Part shown: positions 49,101 to 62,661 of the stretch, in pieces
How the letters are laid out: each line of letters begins with the position of its first letter
Position numbering within the stretch: position 1 is the first letter of the stretch
Source: Phallusia mammillata
Taxonomy: Eukaryota
Direction of reading: 5' to 3'
Length of the DNA stretch: 64,000 bases
Assembly (NCBI GenBank): GCA_965637545.1
Contig: OZ281500.1
Location: 2,108,001 to 2,172,000 of the forward strand
Notes under the pieces: generated by a model
Told to the model about the DNA's origin: nothing
Database searches by the model: none
The model's input: only the letters and a program-made list of their open reading frames with translations
Translations under genes and position numbers: made by a program

Positions 49101-52100
49101 ACATGTCAAGTATATGTTATACATTTACACTCTAACATAAAAATACATCCTGAAATTTTAGACTTTCCTCATTCAAGCTTTTGCTTTTCACAGACTCGAC
49201 AGCTTCCCCAGCTCTGCAGAACCACATGAAGCCCCTGGTATCTCTGCAAACTCCTGATGATGTTCGATATGCTTGGAGGCGAGCTATCAGGGATCAGATG
49301 ATGTTAAACCGAATTAGAAACATAAAAACAACAGGTGAGGGTAAAAAACTCATTCAGTTTTGATCCTCGTCAAAACTGTATGTAAAAATATGTATCGTAC
49401 TCTTCTGTGGCTTGCAATTCTTCTGTGGATTTTGACATTGATTATGTCAGTGCATAGAAATGGAACTGCCATAGTGCAGTATTCCAGCTATAAGACCAAA
49501 TACTGTTCCATATCTCAAATATATAACTGCACCGAGCTATTTGTATTGATGACCCAAAAGAATCAAGTATTATGTTTGGTTGAACATTGCATGTTGCCTT
49601 ATTATGGTAGCATTCACTACTATAAGCTTTGTTATGCTGGTTGCATGCTAAACCTTTGTCTTGTAGACAATGCCGTTCCACTGGAAAACACATCTGTAAA
49701 ACTGAACTACAAGGAAATTGAACCTGCCTGTCCTGAGATGGACAAAGTTTGGGCTGAACTTCTTGCAACTGAAGGACGCAAGAACTGCAGAATGGATCTT
49801 ACTGTGTTACATGCTGCTGTCAAACGTGGTAGGTTCAAAGTCATATGCTAATATGATGTGTTATGCCTTTAAAGTTGTTGAGAAAATATGTTTGATGGAT
49901 TAGTGTTTGTCTATTTGTGTGAAAGGTGGTCTGTTAACACTGGTCAGTATAAGCTGTAGAACAATGGTTTTTTACCTAGAAATAATTACCTACAAAGGTG
50001 TAAATTGAAGTTTTTAAGACTAAATAGATTACCTATTTTAATTTTATGACATCACCCTTTTGTTAAATTAAAGGTCATGAACCATGGTTTGATGTTTTCT
50101 TGTTTTTTTAAAGGAAGGGCAAACACTGCAAGCATTTGATTAGTTAAGCACTGAGCATCTCCTGTTAATGTGATTACCTGTTACAAAATGATTCATTGTA
50201 TTAATCTATCCTGACATAAACTATTAAATATGTGGACAGTAGAAACAGAAAAATGAACTTTGTCTGTTTCATGTAAAGGGGTTTCGAAGAACATGCGTGG
50301 AGAAGTTTGGTCGTTGCTTCACGAGCAATGGAAGATGAGATGTACGTGCAGTAATCGAGCTCCGTTCACTCACACTCCAACTGTTACTGCACAGTACGGC
50401 GATCTCTTGAAAAATCTCACACCCCATCAACATGCAATTCTTATTGATCTTGGTAATAGTCTATTTGTTTTGGTAATATGAAATAGTTTTATTATGGGTC
50501 CCCTTCCCTGAAGGGGACACATATTGATTTTACTCGAATTGTTTGTTTGTTTTTCTTCCTTTTTTTTTTCTTCCCAAAGTTTGTCCGACTCGTTTTTCCA
50601 TCAAATGTTTGATGGATTTGGCTGAAATTTACACAGATGGTAGATATAGTTATGTAGATGTGCATCCCACTTTGTTTTTGTTGATAACCCCAGTATTTAC
50701 CACCGCTCGCCCCCTAAAATGGGTATTTTTACCCAAAGTTTGTCCGACTTGTTTTTCCATCAATTGTTTGATGGATTTGGCTGAGATTTACACAGACGGT
50801 AGATATATTCATGTAGATGTGCATCCCACTTTGTTTTTGTTGATAACCCCAGTATTTACCCCGCTAGCCCCTAAAATGGGTGAGTTTTTAAACAGTGTCA
50901 GAATTGGCTGAAATTTGGATTTCTTGCATAGTATGCCATTTATAGGTGTCGATTGTTGTGTTCAACCCTGTAGTCCTAGCGTTTACCCCACAAGCCCCTA
51001 AAGTGTAAAACGTATTTGTATGTTACTGGGCACCACAAACGAAAGATTAGTGTTACAAGGGCAACCAGTTGTATGTTGCTCGTTGGTGGGTTGCTTGGTG
51101 GTCGTTTTTGCGCCATGGCAGTTAGGGGCTTGTTAACAGCCCTATGACGTCAGAAACATTAACGGTTGTTGCTCAAAACACCTCTAGTGGTCGAAATTTT
51201 AAACATTGGCGGATTGGGCTGAAATTTTGCAGTACTATTGATTGAGTCATTGTGGTTTTTATATATTTTTTAATTTGTGTGTCGAACCCAATTAGTTACC
51301 CTACTAGCCCCCTAAAATGGGTCAGTTTTTTAAAACGTTAAGTAGGACATACTTCAAACAATATCTGGGGTGAATCTAATTTTATAGTTTGTATTCTACA
51401 TAGTATTATTATTTAAGCCCAGTGCCGATCACTGTGTTTTACCTTACAACACCTGACTTTCTCATGGTTATCTCTTGAATTGCGTTATTTTCAACTTTGC
51501 ATGTGTGGGGACCCATGAGTTTTTGCCTGCAGAAACGACTCAAGTTATAAAAGACGGTGACTAATATGGGACCTAATACAAAATAAGCATAGGAAATATA
51601 TTTATGTTTTAAAATAGCTTATAGTGTATATGCAAGGGCAATATGTGCTAAGCCACCCTTCTAGTTTTATGTATGTCAAAAGTTTGCAGGAATGTGATTT
51701 CTTTATATTAATCCAATGCGCTTTGCCTTGAAAGTGCCCAAATTCTTTTGTTTGCATTATTTGGTTGTTGGGTCACAAGCAAACATGCCGATGCAAATAA
51801 CCTTATGTGCCCAAGATTCTGGATAAACACCATTATTTTTTCAGCTAAATATTTCAAACACTTAGTTAATATTAACAAACCATTTGAATGTTATTTGTTC
51901 AGTTCTGTTAGCAATTGATACTTGTCAATACTGCTCTGTTTTCTGTGTTATTTGAAGTCACTATTGTTCACACAAATACCTTTTGTTTTTAAGCAATGTT
52001 GAGCAAATGCAAACTTCCATTTTTAACTCATACATGCAGAAATGTGCCATTTCTCTGACATTGTCAATTAATTTGTGCTGTGTAAAATATTAAGCATAAC

Positions 52101-54829
52101 ATTAATTGTTTTATTTCACAGGTCGTACATTTCCCACTCACCCCTATTTCAACCAACAGCTCCGTAGTGGCCAATTAGATTTGTTTAATCTACTTAAAGC
52201 CTATTCATTGGTTGATCCTGACGTTGGATATTGTCAAGGGCTCAGTTTTGTGGCAGGGATCATTCTTATGCATGTAAGTAGCGCTAGTGATCGGAAAAGG
52301 ATGTTATAACTTGATTAATCACTGCCCAGCTTATAAAGATGTGTACTGTGAGAAAATCATTCAACACTTGCCCTTTTCACAAAATATTTCAGTTTAAAAC
52401 AGCTATTGGGACTGTTTGTGTGGTATTTGTGGTAGAGCATACAGTATTCATATTCAAACATTTAACTTTCACACCAAATGCTCTGCTTGGTCCCATCTCA
52501 AACGTCACAAGTGCAGTTTTGTTTTATTCGAAAAGTTATTACTGCATGTAAATGCCTAATATATTTTTCTTCCAGATGAGCTCAACGGAAAATGCTTTCA
52601 AGATGTTGTGTCACCTGATGACGGCTGTCGGGTGTCGCTCCCTGTTTCTTCCTGACATGGCTGCCCTCCGTGTTTCCGTCTACCAACTTTCCCGACTTCT
52701 ACATGACTTCCACAGGTAGATTCACCTTTGCACTGATTCGATCCTAACATCAGCTATTAATAAAACATCTGCTTTCAAATGTGTTCACCATATTTGGACT
52801 ATCTCTGGCTGTTATGTGTTTGAAACAAGCAATTTTTATTTTTATTGATTGACAAATACAAAGCATATTCACACTTTTCCACCCAAAAAATCTATAAGTT
52901 AATTATGTTTTATTTGTAAATTTAATATGTACATGGCATATTGATCTTTTTAACACCAAATAAAAATATCTGTAAACCCAAATTAAGGTTCCAGTGTTAT
53001 GTTGTAAGTATTATGTATATTTTTTGTAGGGATCTTTATGATCATTTTGAAGCGAATGATGTCTCACTGATGCTGTTTTCCACCCCATGGTTTCTTACCA
53101 TGTTTGCTTCCGTCCTTTCATTTGGTTTCACTGCCAGAATTTTTGGTAAGTTTTAAGGGTGCCATGTCTTGCAGCGATATACTGCAAAGGGTCCATGTTG
53201 ACCAAATCTACTGTTTATTAGTGATTTCTTAAAAGTCAAAGTTATTGTATATATATGGGCAATGAAAAAAAAATTTTCCAAACGAAACAGGATAAACAAA
53301 GACTCATTACTGGCAATTCTTTAAATTTAAACTAACCATTTGCAGTTTTAAATCAACTCCTTCTGTAGTTTTCCATCTTTGAAACAACCAGTTCTTCTTT
53401 AGCATGATGTAGTTGTTTGTATTTTTTGGTGTAGATCTACTTTTTTTGGAAGGAAAATCTGCCTTGTTTAAAGCAGCATTGTGTCTTCTTAATCACCACA
53501 AACACAAGATTTTAAAGGAAGACACCTTTGAAGGAATTGTCTGTTACTTGAAAAACCAACTGCCCAACATGGAAACTAGTGAAGTCCAAGAAATCTTAAA
53601 GGAGGTTTGCACAGTTATGCTGTAAAATATTCTGCTACGGTAAAAAATATCCAGGTAGTATTGTATGCTAATAGCAAGTAAGGTCCACCTGCTGCACTTT
53701 GAATAGGTAAAAACCAGTGGTGGGATTCAGCCAGTTTCGCACCGGTTCTATAGAACCGTCTCACCAAATTTTATGTGATCAGCGAACCGGTTAGCATTAA
53801 TGGTTACTGTCAATGGAAATATGACTTTTTGTAACAGAACCGGTTGAAAAATATGACTTTTGTGATAGAACCGGCTGACAAAAAAAGTTAATCCCACCAC
53901 TGTCTTAAACGTAGCTGTTTGTGTTTGTAAGCGTTATAAATTTACATTGTAACTGTAGTTCACTATGTACAGTTTTTTGACCTTGATATTGGTGAAAAAC
54001 TGCAAATATATGAAGTGGAATATGCTGTTCTTGAGGATGGCGAAATATTTGGTACATTGGATACTGGTAATTCCCCTGTCAGCGTTACCAAGGAGATGGA
54101 ACACAAAATCACTAGACTGGAACATGTCAATCAAACTGTCACAAAGTATAATTTGGAACTAGCTGAGCAATTGGAGGTAAACTACAAAAAACAACACTTG
54201 TATTTTAGCCTTGTTTACTAGTCTACCTGACAATGAAACACAAGCTATGATTTTTTAAATTAATGATAGCATAGTGATTAATTAATCATTTTAAAGATGA
54301 TTTGCAACATTATTGTATTGTGTACCACTGAATTTATTAACACACAAGAACAAATGGTTGTCAAGCATACATGTATTTTGCCATTTAGCTCAAACGATAA
54401 ATTTATGATTGCAATCTGCAAAAACGAATAATTTTGTGGCACCCTTGTCACCAGTGGTAAAAGTATGCCCCTTGTTATGTAAGTTTGCAGTACACATTAT
54501 ATCTCGAAGAATTACACACATAATAAACCTTGGTTAAATTGTACCCATTTGAACTCAAAAAATTATTCAGATTAGCCAAAAAACAAGATTAATCAATGTT
54601 GATTTTTTAGTTCAAGCCAATACATAGCATCTCATGTTTTGTCAGAATTGGATGAAGATCTGATTTAACTGGGGTTTACTCTTTTTTATAAACACAGGCT
54701 GCAAAGATGCAGATTAAAAGTCTCCAACAAGGCCTGACTGATATGGTGGCAATTGATGAGAAGAAAAGTATGGAACTTGAGACAATCAGGCACGAAAACC
54801 AAGTTCTCAAGCGAAGTTGTGAAATGTAG
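40182..54829 (+). CDS. TBC1D1/4: TBC1D1/TBC1D4 (AS160)-family Rab-GAP, ~1370 aa, 24 exons
   Basis: Exons 40182-40658, 40923-41026, 41379-41502, 42377-42507, 42909-43080, 43271-43360, 43752-43865, 44210-44428, 44488-44604, 44718-44819, 44901-44981, 45214-45350, 45707-45865, 47161-47688, 48550-48716, 49194-49334, 49667-49828, 50279-50452, 52122-52273, 52576-52715, 53030-53145, 53435-53604, 53973-54176, 54698-54829 (4113 nt). Two PTB-like regions (LHWIVAEV; FEVMMLGKI...PPSFIDE), TBC domain with IDLGRTF (Arg finger) and YCQG (Gln finger), C-terminal coiled coil. Confidence 0.93.
46169..46857. mobile_element. Non-autonomous hAT element in a TBC1D intron
   Basis: TAGGGCAA...TTGCCCTA termini, subterminal TTTTGAC arrays at both ends, perfect TSD GTCATCAC. 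Confidence 0.92.
50489..51665 (+). mobile_element. Helentron/HINE (DINE-1-like) non-autonomous element
   Basis: T-rich junctions, 5' hairpin GTCCCCTTC/GAAGGGGAC, sub-TIRs CACATATTG (50518) / CAATATGTG (51639), TTTG microsatellite, two ~159-bp internal tandem repeats (50573, 50732), 3' stem ending CTAGTT. Confidence 0.65.
53715..53902. mobile_element. hAT MITE, same family as 18350-18530
   Basis: CAGTGGTGGGATT / AATCCCACCACTG termini and shared internal sequence. Confidence 0.85.
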
Positions 54830-55910
54830 TTGTGATTTTGAAGCACCTTTTTTGTTTTTAAGTGGTCGCTTTGTTTTATTCCTGTCAACCTTTTGTGCTC
54901 TTTTTTACGAGATTTGCCAATGTTTGTGTTTTGATCGTGCAATGTTTCTTTTATCGCCGGAACCCTGGAATAACCATTTTGAGATGGTTGATTGTATACT
55001 TCATAACTTTTTTTTATTATTGCATCAGCATGGTTTGTAAAGTTAGTGTCTGAATTCCCCTTTTAGGCCACTTTTTAGTTTTTGAGTTAAATTACAAAAT
55101 GGAAAAAACAAACATAATGCTAGAACAAAATTGTACAAACACATAATAATTAAGTTGCATAATTGAATGGTACTTTTTTAGTTTCACCGCCAAAAAATTG
55201 TGTAGTACAGACACATTACAATAAAAGGCCAAAAATTTTCCACAGTATTTTATACAACAAATTATGATAATTTCAAAAATTTGGTGCTCTTTTGTTGCAA
55301 ACTGTACGCACAAGTGAAAATGGCCTTATTTGGCAACTGTACTGTGCTTATTGTTGTAGCTGTAAACCCAAAAAGTCAACTCGTAATTATGCTTGAAGGT
55401 TACCTAAAGGGTAAATCATGTTTTTGTGGTGATTTATTACCAAGTTAATGTTATTTAAGCTTTCTTGATAATGTTTAAGTAATCCCTATTAGTATGTGAA
55501 AATTAATTTTTTGTCAAACTTAAATTTTTTCACAAATTATTGTTGTAAAGTTGTAAATCTTTTTTGCCTGTTTTTTTACCACTTCATCCTTCCAAACATA
55601 TTCATTTACCTCTGACTATTTTGTGGCAAGAAGTTTTTTTCTGTACCTTCCAATTTATCACTGTTAAAACAACACCTAAAACACAACACACTGTTGACAA
55701 AAAGGGAGTTGTCACCCTTACTAACATTAAAACTACTCAGTTAAAACAACCAAGTGTTGCAAACTTCCAAATGTCAAAGTGTCTAACTTTTTTAACATCG
55801 GCAAATGTGAAGCATTAGCAAAAATATGTGTTGACTGTAATGTGAACATCAAATAATCTAAATTTAACTGAACAATTTGGTGGTTGATATTGTGCCATCA
55901 GTGTTGAAAC

Positions 55911-56312
55911 TAGTGATGGGACAAGTACCCGGTACTCGGTATCGAACGATTCCAGTGGTATCGCGATACTCGTACTCGGTATCGAAATATTTTGTCTCGG
56001 TTTTCGATACCAACGTGCTAGTAATAAAGGCCGATTTACACCATAAGATTACGGGCAACTTTATGCCATCATTTGCTTCCGACAGCACAAAATTGGAAAA
56101 AAGTTCTGCCAGTTTACGTATATCTTTTTTGCTATCACGTGGAGATTACATTTTTCGGCATGTGTGTGTGTGCCCCCCGACCATGGCAGATAAATTAGCC
56201 AATGATATACAACTAAGTACAACACTACATTTAAGTACTCGGTATCGAAGGTATATACATGTGGTGCTCGGTATCAGTACTCTCTTCAAAACCTGGTATC
56301 GTCCCATCACTA
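55911..56312. mobile_element. hAT MITE (TAGTGATGGG termini)
   Basis: TIRs TAGTGATGGGAC/GTCCCATCACTA; TSD GTTGAAAC/GTTGAAAT; CTCGGTATC subterminal repeats. Confidence 0.9.
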
Positions 56313-59277
56313 GTTGAAATTTAAACTTTTTCTACTTCATAGGGTATAAAGTTCTTCTTTTGGTTGTCATTATCAATACCCGGCCAAATGTGCTTTGATT
56401 TTGGTGCTGTTTCCAAAACACCGAATATGTGTTTTACTTTGTATGAGAAGCTCTATGTTAAATATGGTAGTATTTTTTATGTAAAATCATTTTGTGAAAA
56501 TTGGAACATAATAGCCATGTAACAGTTTTCTAATCAGGTTGTGGCACCCTATGTTTTGCATTTATGTACACAGATAAATGTCCCTCAAGTCTTATTAGCA
56601 ACAAGATAATATGTTTCGGTGGAAATTTATTTGTATTCCCCCCAAAAAAATTGCACTTAAAACTGTGCTTTAAGTTTCATAGGATTAACTGTGCAAAATG
56701 TGTCTGAAAAATAGGTATGTTCTTCAGCAATTATGCAATAACTCAGTAACATCAAATGTCCTTTGCCCAACGCTCATTAATTCCAGTGTAAATACATGGA
56801 CTCCAAACATAACACAAAACCATTGTTGTTGTATAAAACTGCCCTTAAATTTGTTGAAATAAATGCAATGGTTGCACATTATAGGTACTGCCTTCACTGT
56901 AGTTTGCACACTAAAAGGTGCTGTAATAATTTCGATACAACAATTATGTCACTACCATCCATCTATCATGTGCGTTGCCTTTTTGTGACCCAAGCAACGA
57001 AAGTAAATAGTGTGCCTGTAGAACTAGATGAAAATTGAAGTAAAAATCATTTTTTTATTGTGAACATGCTTTTGATGTTTTGAAACATGATTGTTGTAAA
57101 TAAAATGTGTCCTGCTTAACTGCATACTTTAGCATTGTGTCCAACTTTGCATTCTATACTTGTGACAATCCAAACTTTTTGCTTGGTAGGTTTATGCAGT
57201 TGTAACTTTCGTAAAATGAGCTGTTGTCTGTTATATTGGTGGCAACAGACTCGTTTGTTTGCAGAATTGACTTGTTATGCACTGACATACAGATGGAGAT
57301 AATAACCGTTCCAATATACTATGCTTTCTTGTGGCTACTCAGAATATTTTTGTAACTAATGCTAAAGAATAATGTTATCTTGACCATTTTTTTTGTGAAT
57401 GACATATTTTTTGTAGTAATCATTTGAATTCATTGGAAATAGCAATTTGTTTTATGCATGGACATTCTGAACAGCTCCAATTTAACATTCATTCACCTTG
57501 AGTTGTTCTAGAGGACACAATTCTAGTATCTGCTGAACTCTTTTATTTGAAACCCAATCGCACGAAGATGGTGACCAGAAAAACCTCTACCGGCACAAAT
57601 TTAAATAGTATCAATGTGATACAGCACCATGTACATTTCACCTTATGCAACAAAACACTTGCATCCCAATTTATGGCACATTCAAGAAGTAGCTTCTGGC
57701 TTTAGTTGATATATAGGAAATTGAAAGTTTAGAAAAAATGTCACCCAAAACAGAGGGGGAAAATTCAGTAGCTTAAATGCAGACAAGCATTACACTGGCA
57801 ATATCAGTGCAAATTTGCACTTTTTAACACCTCTGAAACAGGTTATGAAATGAAGTATTTCATCGATGTTCCACTGTGTTAAATAGTTTGCAATTTTGTC
57901 GGAAATCAGCATTTAAAAACACCAGTTACACTATAAAAAGTTTGAAAATTTAAATATTCCTAAACAGTTAGCACTTGATTTTGATAAGTAAAATACCTAA
58001 ACACAAACTATAAGTTGAACTTTTTTATGTTGCTTTTTCCAAAGCGATACTTTACAAGAGTTGATGTCATTGTCATGTTTCGTGTGATATAGAGGTAAGC
58101 ACAAGCCAAAAAGCAACATATACAACAGATAAATAAATACAACGCTTGCAATAGGCCGATTTTATGTTTAGCAGTCAGTTCATCGGCGCATAGCAAAATT
58201 TATAATACCAAGTGTTCAACACATTTAAACATACAGAAAAGCCTTGATAGCATAATTGTTACAAATTCGTCACAAACAACCAAATTGTTTTCAAATATAA
58301 TACTTAAAGCCATTTGAGATGTGTTTGATTGTACAAGATTGATTTTTTATAAATATTTATGTGATACAACTAATGTTTTAATTTAAATTGGCGACTGTGT
58401 ATTGGCACTATTTGAAAAGTAAATGATATCTTTGACCTGCACAAATTAAACTTAAAAACTTTTATTGGATGTGTGCAAGGCTCATTTTTAAGCATTACAA
58501 GCAATGGACAACAAAGACAATAGGTATAGCAGATGCAAGCTCCACAAAGCGCTATGGTCGTCAAATTTTGTTTAAGGTTTGTAGTGAACAAACAGATCCA
58601 CCTTAATTCAACCCAAAAATTTTTGGAAGTAAAAACTTTAAACAAAAATCCACACACACAAAGTATTTGGGGTTTAACAAGAATTTCTATCACCATTTAG
58701 TGAAACACTCCGGAAATGATACATTTGTTTCCCATCAACTAAAGACTTAACATTCATCGCATTTTACTGCACACATTTGTTTTGATCAAAAACATTTTGT
58801 GTTTTGTTTTACATTGGACCTTTTTGCTATACATCTAGGGAGTTTTGTCAGCCGGATAATATGGTGAATAGTATATATTGGTCCTTGTATCACAGCTAGA
58901 AAAATAAATGTTTCAGTTGGTATATTGTCAAATTGTGCATATATGTTTGTCCCACATTTGTACACAGAAATCAGAAAGCTTAAGTCGTAATTGTAAGTTG
59001 GACCTGAAATACATACAACATAAGCTCACATGGGCAACAGTTTCAAAAGTGACAAAGTTGCACGCACATAAGTGAACCAATCTCAAAACCTACATCTTCA
59101 CAAAAAGTGTCCTTGTAGCTCAAAAATGTAATGGCTTGTACTTCTTTCAAACAAACACAATAACTCTTAAATGTGGATGGTGTTGTGCTTTCATTTTTGG
59201 CTGGAGCGGAATAGAGGACTTGAAGTCGTCACTGGTATGTACACAATATGAAAGAAACTTTTAAATGCTGTCTGGCT

Positions 59278-61827
59278 TTACTCGATGACCTTGAGAACCT
59301 TGCCAATGGCGATAGTACGACCTTCATCTCGCAGCGTAAAACGACCCATTTGGGCAAAGTCTTTGAAACTTTCAATACAAACTGGTCCTTGGGTTTGTAG
59401 TCGGGCTATAACAGTTTGATCCTGGCAAATAATAGCAAAATAATTAAACAATGCATTTGTAGAAAAAAAGACTAACACAACATACAACAATCCTTGTTAC
59501 AGACCAAACTACAAACCACCAGTTTCACACATAATAATCTATCAAAAGGATTTTTTCTGTACTGAGTAGTGAGGTTTCTACCAATTAAAGCATTTTGATG
59601 ATAAAAAATTGTAACTTTAAGACAAAATATGCAACAATAAACCCACAAATATGTCTGTTTAATGTGGTGTAACATGAGATGCTACGTCGTATTGAACAAC
59701 ATTGGATTTGGGCGATCTTATGGATTGAATTTGTCGAGTACATGTATGCATGCACAGTTACATTACAATACTCACTTGTTTAACAAATCTAGTTTTCTTT
59801 TTCTCTCCAGTTTTGCGATCAAGAAGATAAAGCAGTTGTTTTATTACCACTTCCTCAATGCATCTGCAAATACAAGAAAATTAATCTACCAGTATATACA
59901 TACAACTTCACATCTTTATCACATATTTAATTGAAAATTGCTGCAAGTGTAAAAATAGCTAAAAATGTCTTCTTACGTGTGAATATGCAGGATTGCACTG
60001 TATCCTGCGCAGATGATTGATTTGTACTCGATTATTGCGATTTGGGCATCAAAAAGTGTTCCAGTGCAACAGAGATCGCCTGGTGAACACAGCACAAATC
60101 CCTGACAAAAATATAAAAAGTATTAATTTGTTGCTATAATATCCTCAATTTGATTTGACTAAAGAAATACACAAATTTTGCCACCTGTGTTTTTTACAGT
60201 TACATATAATATTATTTACAAAAACCCTATGAGAAAATACAAACCTTTGAAATTTCATCTTCTTCAACAGAGTCTAGTCGAATTTTGACATTTTCCCCAG
60301 CCTGAGCAGTTTCAGTGTCAACTTCATCAGACTGAATTGCAAGCACTACAACAATATATGCACACATATAAGTATGGCAGAAGTAGCAAAACATAAGTAA
60401 ATTAGTCTTTGGGTAATTGTGAAATAAATCAGTGTCGGTTTAAATAAAAATCTATGTTAGCTTCTGATGGGAACAAAGTTAAATTCACTTACTACAGGTC
60501 ACTTCTCGGTAAAATATATCATAAAACAACTAAATCCTCTGATAAAGAAATGAAACCTACCTTTTACTTTCTTTTTGTTTGGCTGCAAAATTAGGCTTTG
60601 GCCCTTTAGGATTTTTCCAGACTCAATTTTACCAATGATAATAACACCCATGTCCTTGTACTTGTCCACAATGGGCAGTCTTACTGGGCCAGTTCCTGAC
60701 CTGGAAACTGTTGGAAGATTATCTAAATATGGAATAAGTGGAAGGTCTGTGTACCAGGGGTGCTTTGAGTATTCTGGTTCCATTAGATTGGTTCCCGTTA
60801 AACCAGAACATGGCATAAAGTGAACGTCTTTCTTTGGGTTAAATCCAACTTTTTTAAGAAAGGGTGTAAGTTTTTCTTTGCATTCCTCATACCGTTCCTG
60901 CCTCCAGTTAACAGTCGGATCATCCATTTTGTTTATGAGCACAATCAGTCGTTGAACTCCAGCTGTTTTAGCCAGCATCGCATGTTCACGAGTTTGACCG
61001 CCTCGCTCAAAACCAGTCTCGAATTCCCCTCTTCTCGCTGATATTACCAGGACAGCAATATCTGCTTGTGATGCGCCTCCGATCATATTTGGCACAAAAC
61101 TTCTGTGACCAGGTGCATCGAGGATTGTAAAATGTTTAGTTTCAGTTTCAAAATATGCTCTGCCCACTTCAACAGTTTTTCCCTTGTCCCTCTCCTCCTG
61201 GTTTGTGTCCAGTGCCCAGGAAAGATACCAAGTTTCGCGGTTCTTTTCCTTCGCCTCTCGTTCATACTTTTCCAGTGTACGTTTATCAACCATCCCAGTA
61301 AGGTACATTATTTGGCCGCCAATAGTGGACTTACCAGCATCAACATGTCCAATAAAAACTACATTCAAATGGTCTTCTTTCATTCCAGGTTCAGGCTCAG
61401 TCTCTTGGGAAATAGGAGGGGTTGATCTTTCGTTGGTGGCTCTTTTCAATTCCTGAGAGGAAGATTTTGGAAGGGGTACTTCCTCTGCTGGAACAACTTC
61501 TTCATTTTGTTCATTATCTACTTTTAAATCTTCCTTGGCATCTGTTTTTACTTCTTGTAGCTGGACTTCTGTATTCTCTTCTTTTTCCATCATCTGTTCG
61601 TTGACATTGTCCCCTTGTGGCGTAATATTGGTTGTTGAAATGTTGGGAACACTTTTAAGAGCGTCTGCTGGTGTTTGTTGTTTGGAAATTGGTACAAACG
61701 CAGCAGCATTTACATTAGGGACAAATGGCTTAGCATCAATATTAAGGTATGTTAAAGATGATGCCACATTACCAGCATCTCCACTTGTATCATCCCACTC
61801 ATCTGGAACTTCTTTTCCATTCATCAT
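59278..61827 (-). CDS. GSPT1: Eukaryotic peptide chain release factor GTP-binding subunit eRF3, ~574 aa, 5 exons
   Basis: Exons 61827-60561, 60345-60245, 60101-59977, 59863-59776, 59421-59278 (1725 nt). Overlapping PAM2 motifs LNIDAKPFVPNVNAAAFVP, GHVDAGKST, DAPGH, NKMD, C-terminal GRFTLRDEGRTIAIGKV. Confidence 0.97.
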
Positions 61828-62084
61828 TTTTAGTGGCTTGTTTTTTTTGCCGGTAAGACAAGGGCACTTACAGCAAATGCAAGTGTGAGGTTGAAAACCA
61901 AATATTTAAATTATTCTCCAGTGACAGTGTTATCTTAAGACATTCAAGTTTTCTATTTTGGAACATTCTGCACCGAAACATTGATATTAACAAGACCAAA
62001 AAGTAGTTTATTTGGCACAGGCAGTTAATCACTTGTTTTCAGTTTCACACATTAAACTGCTCACATGAAATCAAGTATTTATAG

Positions 62085-62661
62085 CAGTGGTTCTCAAACT
62101 CGGTTTTCGGGGCCGCATGCGGCTCTTAACTACATATATTGCGGCTCGCACCAGCCCTCAGAAAACCACCAAACATTGCTATTTTAGCTTTCAAAGTAAT
62201 AATCTTTATTGATTTTCTCAGGGTTTTGTTTTTTTGCTGCTCCCTACACACTTAAAAAAAGGGTCACGTCTAAAACTGCGGGCCCGCTTGGCCCAGCACT
62301 TGGCCCGCCTCATGCAAGTATAAAAACTGCGGGCCGGCTTGATAAAGCCGATTTCGACAAGATCTGAACGGCAAGCAATGGATGTAGTGGGCCCGCAGTT
62401 TTTCCTTGCGATAGACGCGACAAGCACAGGATATAGTGGGCCCGCGGTTTTTTGATACGAGAGGTGGGCCAAGCACTGGATATATAGTGGGGCTACAGTT
62501 TTTATACTTGCAAGAAGCGGGCCCGCAGTTTTCCAATTGCATGAGGCGGGCCAAGTGCTGGGCCAAGCGGACCAAGTGATCCAAGCGGGCCCGCAGTTTT
62601 AGACGTGACGGTTAAAAAAATACTATTTGGCCCCAACAATCAAAAAGTTTGAGAACCACTG
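62085..62661. mobile_element. hAT MITE carrying a nested element
   Basis: CAGTGGTTCTCAAACT / AGTTTGAGAACCACTG termini; perfect TSD ATTTATAG. Confidence 0.92.
62261..62611. mobile_element. Nested MULE-like MITE
   Basis: Long TIRs GTCACGTCTAAAACTGCGGGCCCGCTTGG; 9-bp TSD TTAAAAAAA on both sides. Confidence 0.8.

Noticed and set aside
55864-56317. 146-aa and 74-aa ORFs
   Set aside because: They lie within a hAT MITE with repetitive subterminal motifs; non-ATG or no domain.
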